DNA of 64,000 nucleotides from Eledone cirrhosa (Eukaryota), in assembly GCA_964016885.1 (NCBI GenBank), contig OZ024742.1, positions 21,948,001-22,012,000 on the forward strand, in the 5' to 3' direction. Within the stretch, counting starts at the first letter, position 1. The number at the start of each line of letters is the position of its first letter. Under the pieces are notes generated by a model, which saw only the letters and a program-made list of their open reading frames with translations, searched no databases and was not told where the DNA came from. The position numbers and the translations under genes were made by a program. Below are positions 21,599 to 32,519 of this stretch, piece by piece.

Positions 21599-24443
21599 AA
21601 AACCAAGGATTTAAGGTAATTAAAGCGTGAAAACCAAAGATTTAAGGTAGTTAAAGGCTGAATACCAAAGATTTAAGGTAGTTAAAGAGGGAATACCAAA
21701 GATTTAAGGTAGTTAAAGGGTGAATACCAAAGATTTAAGGTAGTTAAAGGGTGATTACCAAAGATTTAAGGTAGTTAAAGAGTGAATACCAAAGATTTAA
21801 GGTAGTTAAAGGGGGAATACCAAAGATTTAAGGTAGTTAAAGGGTGAATACCAATGATTTAAGGTAGTTAAAGGGTGAAAACCAAAGATTTAAGGTAGTT
21901 AAAGGGTGAAAACCAATGATTTAAGGTAGTTAAAGGGTGAAAACCAAAGATTTAAGGTAGTTAAAGGGTGAAAACCAAAGATTTAAGGTAGTTAAAGGGG
22001 GAATACCAAAGATTTAAGGTAGTTAAAGGGTGAAAACCAAGGATTTAAGGTAGTTAAAGGGTGAAAACCAAAGATTTAAGGTAGTTAAAGGGGGAATACC
22101 GAGGATTTAAGGTAGTTAAAAGGTGAATACCCAGGATTTAAGGTAGTTAAAGGGGGAATACCAAAGATTTAAGGTAGTTAAAGGGTGAATACCAAGGATT
22201 TAAGGTAGTTAAAGGGGGAATACCAAAGATTTAAGGTAGTTAAAGGGTCAATACCAAAGATTTAAGGTAGTTAAAAGCTGAATACCAAGGATTTAAGGTA
22301 GTTAAAGGGTGAATACCAAAGATTTAAGGTAGTTAAAGTGTCAATACCAAAGATTTAAGGTAGTTAAAGGGTGAATACCAAGGATTTAAGGTTGTTAAAG
22401 GGTGAATACCAAGGATTTAAGGTAGTTAAAAGCTGAATACCAAGGATTTAAGGTATTTAAAGGGTGAATACCAAAGATTTAAGGTAGTTAAAGGGTGAAT
22501 ACCAAGGATTTAAGGTAGTTAAAGGGGGAATACCAAAGATTTAAGGTAGTTAAAGGGTCAATACCAAAGATTTAAGGTAGTTAAAAGCTGAATACCAAGG
22601 ATTTAAGGTAGTTAAAGGGGGAATACCGAAGATTTAAGGTAGTTACAGGGTGAATTCCAAGGATTTAAGGTAGTTAAAGGGTGAATACCGAAGATTTAAG
22701 GTAGTTAAAGGGTCAATACCAAAGATTTAAGGTAGTTAAAAAGTGAATACCAAGGATTTGAGGTAGTTAAAGGGTGATTTCCAAAGATTTATGTAGTTAA
22801 AAGGTGAATACCAAGGATTTAAGGTAGTTAAAGGGTGAAAACCAAAGATTTAAGGTTGTTAAAGGGTGAATACCAAAGGTTTAGAGTAGTTAAAGGGTGA
22901 AAACCAAAGATTTAAGGTAGTTAAAGGGTGAAAACCAAATATGCAAGGTAGTTAAAAGGTGAATACCAAGGATTTAAGGTAGTTAAAGGGGGAATACCAA
23001 AGATTTAAGGTAGTTAAAGGGTGAATACCAAAGATTTAAGGTAGTTAAAGGGTGAATACCAAAGATTGAAGGTAGTTAAAGGGTGAATACCAAAGATTGA
23101 AGGTAGTTAAAGGGTGAATACCAAGGATTTAAGGTAGTTAAAGGGTGAATACCAAGGATTTAAGGTAGTTAAAGGGTGAATACCAAGGATTTAAGGTAGT
23201 TAAAAGGTGAATACCAAGGATTTAAGGTAGTTAAAGGGTGAATACCAAAGATTTCAGGTAGTTAAAGGGGGAATACCAAAGATTTAAGGTAGTTAAAGGG
23301 TGAAAACCAAGGATTTAAGGTAGTTAAAGGGTGAAAACCAAAGATTTAAGGTAGTTAAAGGGGGAATACCGAGGATTTAAGGTAGTTAAAGGGTGAATAC
23401 CAAGGATTTAAGGTAGTTAAAGTGTGAATACCAAAGATTTACGGTAGTTAAAGGATGAATACCAAGGATTTTAAGGTAGTTAAAGTGTCAATACCAAAGA
23501 TTTAAGGTAGTTAAAGGTGAATACCAAGGATTTAAGGTAGTTAAAAGGTGAATACCCAGGATTTAAGGTAGTTAAAGGGGGAATACCAAAGATTTAAGGT
23601 AGTTAAAGGGTGAATACCAAGGATTTAAGGTAGTTAAAGGGGGAATACCAAAGATTTAAGGTAGTTAAAGGGTCAATACCAAAGATTTAAGGTAGTTAAA
23701 AGCTGAATACCAAGGATTTAAGGTAGTTAAAGGGTGAATACCAAAGATTTAAGGTAGTTAAAGTGTCAATACCAAAGATTTAAGGTAGTTAAAGGGTGAA
23801 TACCAAGGATTTAAGGTTGTTAAAGGGTGAATACCAAGGATTTAAGGTATTTAAAAGCTGAATACCAAGGATTTAAGGTAGTTAAAGGGGGAATACCAAA
23901 GATTTAAGGTAGTTAAAGAGTCAATACCAAAGATTTAAGGTAGTTAAAAGCTGAATACCAAGGATTTAAGGTAGTTAAAGGGGGAATACCAAAGATTTAA
24001 GGTAGTTACAGGGTGAATTCCAAGGATTTAAGGTAGTTAAAGGGTGAATACCGAAGATTTAAGGTAGTTAAAGGGTCAATACCAAAGATTTAAGGTAGTT
24101 AAAAAGTGAATACCAAGGATTTGAGGTAGTTAAAGGGTGATTACCAAAGATTTATGTAGTTAAAAGGTGAATACCAAGGATTTAAGGTAGTTAAAGGGTG
24201 AAAACCAAAGATTTAAGGTTGTTAAAGGGTGAATACCAAAGGTTTAGGGTAGTTAAAGGGTGAAAACCAAAGATTTAAGGTAGTTAAAGGGTGAAAACCA
24301 AATATGCAAGGTAGTTAAAAGGTGAATACCAAGGATTTAAGGTAGTTAAAGGGGGAATACCAAAGATTTAAGGTAGTTAAAGGGTGAATACCAAAGATTT
24401 AAGGTAGTTAAAGGGTGAAAACCAAGGATTTAAGGTAGTTAAA
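21599..24443. repeat. 31-bp satellite (accaaagatttaaggtagttaaagggtgaat)n, about 92 units, with a 1363-bp higher-order duplication
   Basis: Direct reading. Rare variants recur 1363 bp apart (22646/24009 and 22941/24304). Confidence 0.97.
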
Positions 24444-24616
24444 TGTTTCAGTTGTGGAACTATAAACTATCCTCATCTGTTCATAGCAAATACTTTTAAC
24501 TCTCAACAGTTACGTGTAGTTCAATACAATATAGAAATATAAACCGAAGGTTCGATGGGCCATGTCCTATTTTCGGTGGTGTCTGTATTGTCAGGATACC
24601 TAGATCACCATGTTTC

Positions 24617-24836
24617 AGTCAGCTATAACAATGTACCCTCAATAACCCTGTCAGTTATAATAAGGTACCCTCAATAACCGAGTCAGTTATAACAAGGTAC
24701 CCTCAATAATCCAGTCAGCTATAACAAGGTACTCTCAATGTTCCAGTCAGCTATAAAAAGGTACCCTCAAAATCCCAGTCCTTAGCTGTAACAATGTACT
24801 CTCAATATCCCAGTTTTTAGCTATAAGAAGGTACCA
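24617..24836. repeat. About 32-bp minisatellite (gtcagctataacaaggtaccctcaataaccca), about 7 units
   Basis: Direct reading. Confidence 0.9.
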
Positions 24837-24964
24837 CGGCTAGGCCTAGAACAATAATCTGAAGTAGAGGTGCAAACATTATGTATATTACATTTAGTTC
24901 GTCCTAAATTTGTGTTTTCTAATAGGTGTGACATCTTCTGTTCCTCTGGTAATTTCTATATGAC

Positions 24965-25790
24965 ATTACAGGTAATAAGTCACTTATAGTTGGATATCTT
25001 TGATAACAAGTAACTTATTGATGAATGTCTGCAATAATAATTCTCTCATTAATCGATGTCTGTGAGAGTAGATCTATTATTGATTTATGTCTTTGGTAAT
25101 AAATCACATATTGATCTAGGTCTTTGATAGTATGTCACATATTGATCTAGGTCTCTGATAGTATGTCACATATTGACGGATGTCTTTGATATTAGGTCAC
25201 ATATTGACCTAGGTCTCTGATAGTGTGTCACATATTGACCTAGGTCTCTGACAGTAAGTCACATATTGACGGATGTCTTTGATATTAGGTCACATATTGA
25301 TCTAAGTCGCTGGTGTTACATATTGATCTAGGTCTTTGATGATTGTTCACATATTGATCTATGTCCCTGGCAATACTTCACATATTGATCTAGGTGTCTG
25401 ACAGTAAGTCACATATTGACGGATGTCTTTGATATTAGGTCACATATTGATCTCAGTCGCTGGTGTTACATATTGATCTAGGTCTTTGATGATTGTTCAC
25501 ATATTGATCTATGTCCCTGGCAATACTTCACATATTGATCTAGGTGTCTGACAGTAAGTCACATATTCAACTCTTTCTCTGATAATAGGTCAATTATCGA
25601 TCTAAATCACTGATATTAAATCACATATTGATCTAAGTCTCTTAATAAATCACATACTAATAAAAAGTATCTCATTGATTGATACCACTGATTATAGATC
25701 ACTTATGGATGGATGATTCTGATAAGTCACATATTGATGTATGTCTCTGATAATAGATTATATATTGATAGATGATTCTCATAAGTTACT
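24965..25790. repeat. About 30-31-bp degenerate minisatellite (gtcacatattgatctaggtctttgatagtat) with a 150-bp higher-order unit
   Basis: acagtaagtc recurs at 25251, 25401 and 25551 with near-identical intervening blocks. Confidence 0.9.
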
Positions 25791-25941
25791 TAATCGGGAG
25801 GAGGGGGTTCCCATAAGTCATTTAATGCGGCTATTTCTAAACATAGGTCATTTATTAGTTGATGTCTAATAATACATGAATTGCCAGACACTTTAAATCT
25901 TCTGCTTCTTCTCTTTCTTCTTCTTCTTCTTCTTCTTCTTC

Positions 25942-26005
<64 letters not shown>

Positions 26006-26007
26006 AG

Positions 26008-26432
26008 AGAGCACTTACCTCTTCAGTGATGCCCTGATCGACTTTTTCAAATATCATTTGAAAAGGAAAATCAGTCAGAGTAGAGAGGGAAGTGCTCTCT
26101 TCCCAGCATTTTGTTGAAAGATGGGTGAGAGAAGCAAGAATGGTCCGAGTGAATGGGCCTACTCTGAGTACGTATCTGTAAATTAAAGGTGGAAAACTGG
26201 GAGAGGGCACTTGCCTTGGTGGTCAGGGTCACTGTGGCCTTTTACTGGGCTTTCTCCACAAATGTCCCTCCTAAGTCTCCCCCTTATTGAGGAATTTTTC
26301 ATTGTTATTTTTTTGTTACATCCTCTGTTTTTGTTTTTTACACGCAGAAATGCCCATTTGTATCGTCCTGTATTGTCCTGCACTGTCCTTAATGTCTACT
26401 TTATGTAAACCCTTGTGGTTAATAAAGAAATC
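26008..26432 (+). mobile_element. Severely 5'-truncated Tx1-like family A copy (3' end) between (ATT)n tracts
   Basis: Near-identical to 32070-32489. (ATT)n lies at about 25944-26001 and at 26433-26456. Confidence 0.9.
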
Positions 26433-26672
26433 ATTATTATTATTATTATTATTATTGAATGCTATGGTTGACGAAGGCTCGGCTCTGTAAGGTACTGTAA
26501 ATTTTGAACGCTATAACAATTGTAAATTGTTTAAAACTTAGACCAACTTGTAGACAAAAACACCCTCCTCCTCGTGAGAGGGGTCTTTCTGCCCGTTATT
26601 TGGCCCTTCGAGGTTAAATAACTGCTTATTGGGGTTTTGTACCCAATATTTATTTTAAACAAAAAAATCAAC

Positions 26673-28781
26673 ATGGCTACGAAAAAGAATTTGCATAGGT
26701 CACTCCCACTCATTCCGTCTTCTTCTTCCTCAATCATCACTACAGCAGAGAGAAGATTGTCTCTCTCCCTCCCTTCTTTAAATGTGTCTCTCTCCCTCCC
26801 TTCTCTTTCGCAAGCGACGAAAGAAAAGAAAAGTCTCGTGCAAAGCGTGCAAGGTTTCTCCACGACGACGACGACAGCGACGAAACAGGTGTGCGGGAAA
26901 TACGAAAACCCAGTTCATTCGTCTGACGTCAGGAATAATAGCAGTAGCAGCCGTAATAAAAACAGCAACAGTGACAATGAAAACAACAGTAGCAGCCGCA
27001 ACAGCATCACCAGCAGCATAAACAACAACAGCATTAGAAGCAGCAACACCAACAACAACCACAGCAACAGCGGCGAAGGCAGTAGTCGTAGTACCTGCAG
27101 CAACAACAAAAGTAACAGCAGCTCTGACGACAACAACAACAACAGCAGCAAAGAAAAACCAATCTCATTTGCAGGTATTGCGAAAAACTTGGAAACCATC
27201 CTCATAACAAATGAGGAATTAGAGGAAGCGAAGAAGATGGTGACAAAGAATGGACACCGAGCAATCTGCAAGGCAGCGGAAAAATGTTTCGAAACCCAAC
27301 AGCACTGTACGGTCACGTACCGTACAGTAAGTACAAAATCCCGTAGGGTGGAAAGAGCCACAGAGGCTCAAATACAAAAAGCCTTGGGGTCTGTGTGGCA
27401 GCGGAAAACACACATCACCCGAGGTAAGAAATATGCCACCGTAGACGTATTTTTTGCCACACCCCAGGAGGCAAAGGCTCAATCCGTAGTGACCCTAAGG
27501 AGCGAGGAAATGGTGTTGGTGCCCTCCTACTGCGGGCAAAAAATTGTGAGGGTCAAACTGACCCACGTCCCCCCCGGGATGGCCCCTTCTTGGCTGGCTG
27601 CGTCTGTCCTCGTCGGAATCGAGGACAAAACAACTGTACTGCAAGTACAGAAAAAAGTAAGAGAAGATTGGGTCGGCACCTCCATTGAGATGCTAATCCA
27701 AACCAACCAGGAGTGCATCGAAGCTATCCCGGATGTGATAGACTTCGATAACGGCACTCAACTGCCCATAAGTGTTGAGGGAAAACGCCCGAAATGCTTT
27801 CGCTGTGGATCGAAGACTCACCTCAGGGCCTTCTGCAACGAGAAGACCCTGAGAAAGGAGAACCCCCCCCCCCCCCTCCTTCCGAAACCGGCTCCACGGC
27901 TACCAGCAACAGGACAAGCAGCAACCAGGAACGATAGGTCCGTGGCACCCATACCCACGCCACGGAAATCAAAAACAGCAGCAGCAGTGGAAATATTAAC
28001 AACAACAACAGCAATACCAAATGCAGCTGCAACAGAGACTCCAGTGCAAACATCACCAACAACAACAAGTGAAAGAGTGGAGCTGGTACCCCTCCCCGAC
28101 CTCACAGAATCAGACATGGAGTGTGAGGTGAGAGAGGGATGGCAAAAGGTCGTAAGAAGGCACAAACGCAGAAGCAGCGCATCGTCGCCTTTGAAAAGGG
28201 AGGAAAGAAATGAAAAAAGGGTAAAGTCTACTGCAAAGAGACCCACAGCAGCAACACTACCAACACCATCACCACCCACACTAGCACCACTATCACCACC
28301 GGCGACAACCCCACCGCCAACAACACCTTCAACACCACCACCACAAGCACCAACATCGCAAACACAACAACAAAACACACACACCCAGCAACAACGACAA
28401 GAAAATAGCAGAACCACACACCACCCCCAGAAAAACAAATGCACGGCAATAAATACACACAACAAGAAACTAATGACTTACATAATTGAATACACAGACA
28501 TTTCACAACACGACTACATAATACCAGCACCAATCAAAACGCCAACTAACATAAGACTGCTAAAAATACCACAGAAACAATACACAAACATTAAAACGAA
28601 ATTCCCCAACGCATTTGGTGATTTCAGGGACCTAGGAGGAACTATCAATCGAAGAGTATATTCAGACATTCTCTTAGATGAGCCGACGACCAGCCGAAGG
28701 GACGATTCAACGGTCCCTTCACCAGACGATCAAGTGAAAAGGGATGTAAAAACAATCCCTCCTCTACCAAAAGTACGGTAA
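26673..28781 (+). CDS. Tx1-like ORF1 (gag-like; CCHC knuckle CFRCGSKTHLRAFC; N/S- and P/T-rich linkers)
   Basis: Uninterrupted ORF 26637-28781 with the first ATG at 26673. Homologous to ORF1 of copy 2. Confidence 0.85.
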   Translation: MATKKNLHRSLPLIPSSSSSIITTAERRLSLSLPSLNVSLSLPSLSQATKEKKSLVQSVQGFSTTTTTATKQVCGKYENPVHSSDVRNNSSSSRNKNSNSDNENNSSSRNSITSSINNNSIRSSNTNNNHSNSGEGSSRSTCSNNKSNSSSDDNNNNSSKEKPISFAGIAKNLETILITNEELEEAKKMVTKNGHRAICKAAEKCFETQQHCTVTYRTVSTKSRRVERATEAQIQKALGSVWQRKTHITRGKKYATVDVFFATPQEAKAQSVVTLRSEEMVLVPSYCGQKIVRVKLTHVPPGMAPSWLAASVLVGIEDKTTVLQVQKKVREDWVGTSIEMLIQTNQECIEAIPDVIDFDNGTQLPISVEGKRPKCFRCGSKTHLRAFCNEKTLRKENPPPPLLPKPAPRLPATGQAATRNDRSVAPIPTPRKSKTAAAVEILTTTTAIPNAAATETPVQTSPTTTSERVELVPLPDLTESDMECEVREGWQKVVRRHKRRSSASSPLKREERNEKRVKSTAKRPTAATLPTPSPPTLAPLSPPATTPPPTTPSTPPPQAPTSQTQQQNTHTQQQRQENSRTTHHPQKNKCTAINTHNKKLMTYIIEYTDISQHDYIIPAPIKTPTNIRLLKIPQKQYTNIKTKFPNAFGDFRDLGGTINRRVYSDILLDEPTTSRRDDSTVPSPDDQVKRDVKTIPPLPKVR

Positions 28782-28816
28782 GTGGTCTTTCCCATCTTTT
28801 CCACTCTATTTTAAAC

Positions 28817-31800
28817 ATGACCTCACTCAGAATAGGCAGCATAAATGCGCGTGGCTTGGGGTCGTCATGGAAGCAGGGTCACCTACTCAACGACCTCAGG
28901 TCACTAAACATAGATGTAGTGCCCATCAGCGAGACCAGAATCTCCGAAGCACGGGCCTTCGCACCGATCTTCGGCGGCTACGATGTGTACGCATCTCCCA
29001 GCCGTCCTGGATCGGAGGGGGAGTTGCTGTGCTTTTTCGGAGAGGTTTGGATCTCGCCATACGGGCCACCTTCCTGGACCCAGAGGGTAAGCTGGTGGTG
29101 CTGGACGTGACCAGCGGAGACGGGCAAGCGTTCAGGCTAGTGGCCGTCTATGCCCCGACAGGAGCAGGGCGGCCTGATTTCTTCCGGCGTTTGGAGACCT
29201 TTCTTGGAACGTCCCGCTCTTTAGTGTTAGTGGGCGACTGGAACGGGATCTTAGATGCACGCTGGGACTGTGTGGGATTAGCGGATAGGGGTGGAGGGTG
29301 TAAGAGCCTCACCAACCTGCTCAGGCGTTTTGAACTGTCTGACAGGTACCGATTGGATTTCCCGAATGCGCCAATGTGGACTTGGACAAATCGCATAGGG
29401 TCATCCAGATCATATCTAGATAGAGTATTTTGTAGGGAAATAGATAGGTCTAGCATAGGCTGTCCACAATTCAAGATAGTCAGCTACACGGACCACAAAT
29501 TCGTGATCTGTGTGCTTGACTTAGATAGGCTTCATAGACGAGGACCCGGCTACTGGAAGCTAAACGCAGTCCTTACCAGCGCGCAAGGCATACAGAGACC
29601 GGATTAGCGAACTAGTTAAGCGGGCGTTGACGGGGGCCATCGTCAACAACAAGTGGTGGTTTGCGCTGAAAAGAGCGATTAGAATAGAATCGATTAGGTT
29701 TAGGAAGGCTTTAGCAATAGAGAAAAATAGAGCAGAGGGAGAACTAGTTAGAAAATTAGACGAGGCGCTTTGCAAAGGTATCGCGACCGACGTACTTGCG
29801 GCGAAATTGGCCCTTGACCAATTCTTCAATGCAAAGCACGAAGGCTGCGTTGTCAGAGCTAGGGTGCGTGCTCTCAGACACGAGGGGACGAAAGCCGTTC
29901 AATGGGCCCGAGTGGCGGAGGCGCGTCGTAGCAACAAAGCCACGATCCGGTCTTTGGTGGACCACGACGGGCGCATGCTACTCGATCCCGGGCAAATGTG
30001 TGAAGCTTTTCAGCGACACTTCGCTCAGCTGTTCGGGGGCAGCGGTGGGCCGGGTAGAGGGATGGACTTTAGTGTCTACCTCGACGGACTGCCGCGGCTC
30101 TCGGCCACTGAGGCGAAGTGTTGCGAAAAGCCGATAACAGCCGCTGAAGTAAGGGAGGCAATGACTGGCTGCACAAGGGGTAAATCGCCTGGTTTGGATG
30201 GTCTGCCCTATGAACTTTACGTACAGATCCCAGACTTGTTCGGAGGCCTCTTGGCGGACGTCTACTGCAACTGGCAACAGAACGGGAGAATTCCCAGTTC
30301 TGTGAGCCGAGGAGCGGTGGCACTGCTGAGAAAGGATCCGAACAAGGGGGGATAACATAGATAATTTTAGGCCCATAACTCTGCTAAACACAGAGTTCAA
30401 GATTTTGGCGAAGGTGCTAACAAAGAGGTTGGCGCTTGTCGTTGGTGGTCTGGTGGGAGAGGCGCAGACATGCGCCATTCCCGACAGATCCATCCACGAC
30501 AACCTCCACCTCATGCGATACATCATAGAGAGGGTAGTTAAGGAACCTGGCACGGGTGGGTCCTTGATCAATTTAGATCAGTCGAAAGCTTTCGATAGGG
30601 TCGACCATCGTTACCTAGCGGCAGTCCTGAGGGCGGCTGGCTTTGGGCCCGTCTTCAGAGGCTGGATCGCTGCCATGCACAGCGACATCTGCTCTGTGGT
30701 GAGAGTGAACGGTCACCTGTCGGAACCGTTCAACATCATGCGCTCGGTCCGCCAAGGATGTCCCCTCTCGTCCCTCTTGTACGTATTGATTCTCGAGCCA
30801 TTACTGCACAAACTGGAGACGTTGAGGGGAGTCCTGCGCGAACTAAGATGCGGAAGATCCGTGTCAGCATATGCGGACGATGTCACCGTAGTGGTGTCGA
30901 ACGCCAAACACATCGAGGCGATCGGCACTACACTAAGAGAATACGAAGCGGTGACAGGAGCAATGATCAACCAGGAAAAGTCAGTGGGCCTGCAGATCGG
31001 CACCTGGAGAGGCAGGTCCATGCCGTCCAACAGCGTCGTCGGGCGCTGGACGGACGGACCGGTTAAATTGCTAGGGGTCTGGTTCGGTCAGGACCTCCAG
31101 ACGGACAAAAACTGGGACGAGGTGACGAGCAGGGTGGCTTCTCTCACCCATAAATGGGCGGAGAGAAAGCTATCCCTGAAAGGTCGAGCGGAGGTGGCTA
31201 ACGCGTGCATAGCGTCTGTCATCTGCTACCGCCTGACCGTCGTACCTTGTCCTAAGCCCCGCCTGACTGCGCTGGAGCGTTTTCTCTTTGGCTTTTTGTG
31301 GAAGGGACGCGCTCCGATGGTCAGGCGGTCCATCTGCTGTCAACACCCGCTACGTGGCGGGCTGGGCATGCCGTGGCTGATGATGCGCTGACACGCGCTC
31401 AGGCTACGATATCTCCCCCTCTTCCTCGACGGTGATCAGGTGTCGTCGCCGTTTGCTAGACACGTATTTCCCCAGCTCGTTTCCTTGACGGAACTGCAGT
31501 CCTGGGTCAAGCGAAGACCGAGAGGGAGCGCCTGGAGACTGGAGTGTCTTCAGGCGCTCACAGCCCTCGACCAATCGGGCAATGTGATCGGTGGAAACTC
31601 CACCTCGGCGTTCTATAGAGGATTAGTGGAGGGGAAGAGCGACGACGTACTTGGGGAAACTCTAGGCGTCGACGAAAATCAACTAGCCAATCTCTTCGGA
31701 AGAACTTTCGGGCCGGGACCTATGGACAATTTCCAGAAATCTCTGGCCTGGCAGTGCTACCGAGGAGCCTTGCTATTTCGGGATAAACGCTACAGGCATG

Positions 31801-32238
31801 GAGGTGCCGTCAGCCTGGCATGTCTGAGATACGCGCAGGGCGACGAAACCGTCCTGCACGCACTCGTCCAATTGTTCGAAAATTGCTGACTTGTGGGTTT
31901 ATGTCGAACAGCTGCTGTCGCGTGTAGGACGGATCCGGCTATCATCTGTGTCCATCGTGAGGATTGCCCCGCCCTCTTCCTTTAGCCGGGAAGGGCAGGC
32001 AGTTTTTATCTGTCTGGTGGCCATGGCGAAAGAGATAGTATGGTGGACACGTTTGAAAGGGCTGAAGACGAGCACTTACCTCTTCGGTGATGCCCTGATC
32101 GACTTTTTCAAATTTCATTTGAAAAGGAAAATCAGAGTAGAGAGGGAAGTGCTCTCTTCCCAGCATTTTGTTGAAAGATGGGTGAGAGAAGCAAGAATGG
32201 TCCGAGTGAATGGGCCTACTCTGAGTACGTATCTGTAA
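28817..32238 (+). pseudogene. Tx1-like ORF2 (APE endonuclease, RT, zf-RVT), disrupted
   Basis: SINARGL, GDWN, SYLDR, TDH, RQGCPLS and YADD motifs. Frameshifts near 29015, 29575, 30350 and 31880, and a stop at 31389. Confidence 0.93.
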
Positions 32239-32487
32239 ATTAAAGGTGGAACACTGGGAGAGGGGTACTTGCCTTGGTGGTCAGGGTCACTGTGGCCTTT
32301 TACTGGGCTTTCTCCACAAATGTCCCTGCGAAGTCTCCCCCCTATTGGGGAATTTTTCATTGTTATTTTTTGTTACATCCTCTGTTTTTGTTTTTTACAC
32401 GCAGAAATGCCCATTTGTACCGTCCTGTATTGTCCTGCACTGTCCTTAATGTCTACTTTATGTAAACCCTTGTGGTTAATAAAGAAA

Positions 32488-32519
<32 letters not shown>

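Larger units (their letters stand above)
26457..32489 (+). mobile_element. Near-full-length Tx1-like LINE, family A copy 1
   Basis: 5'UTR, ORF1, ORF2 (APE-RT-zf-RVT) and 3'UTR. (ATT)n on both sides. Confidence 0.95.

Noticed and set aside
21599-24443. CRISPR-like appearance of the 31-bp array
   Set aside because: The units are contiguous with no unique spacers, there are no cas genes, and the context is eukaryotic.
29008-29025. Both Tx1 copies are frameshifted at the same G-run early in ORF2 (also 39843-39855), suggesting programmed frameshifting
   Set aside because: Copy 1 lacks one base and copy 2 has one extra, so these are opposite shifts. Independent homopolymer indels or sequencing errors explain them.
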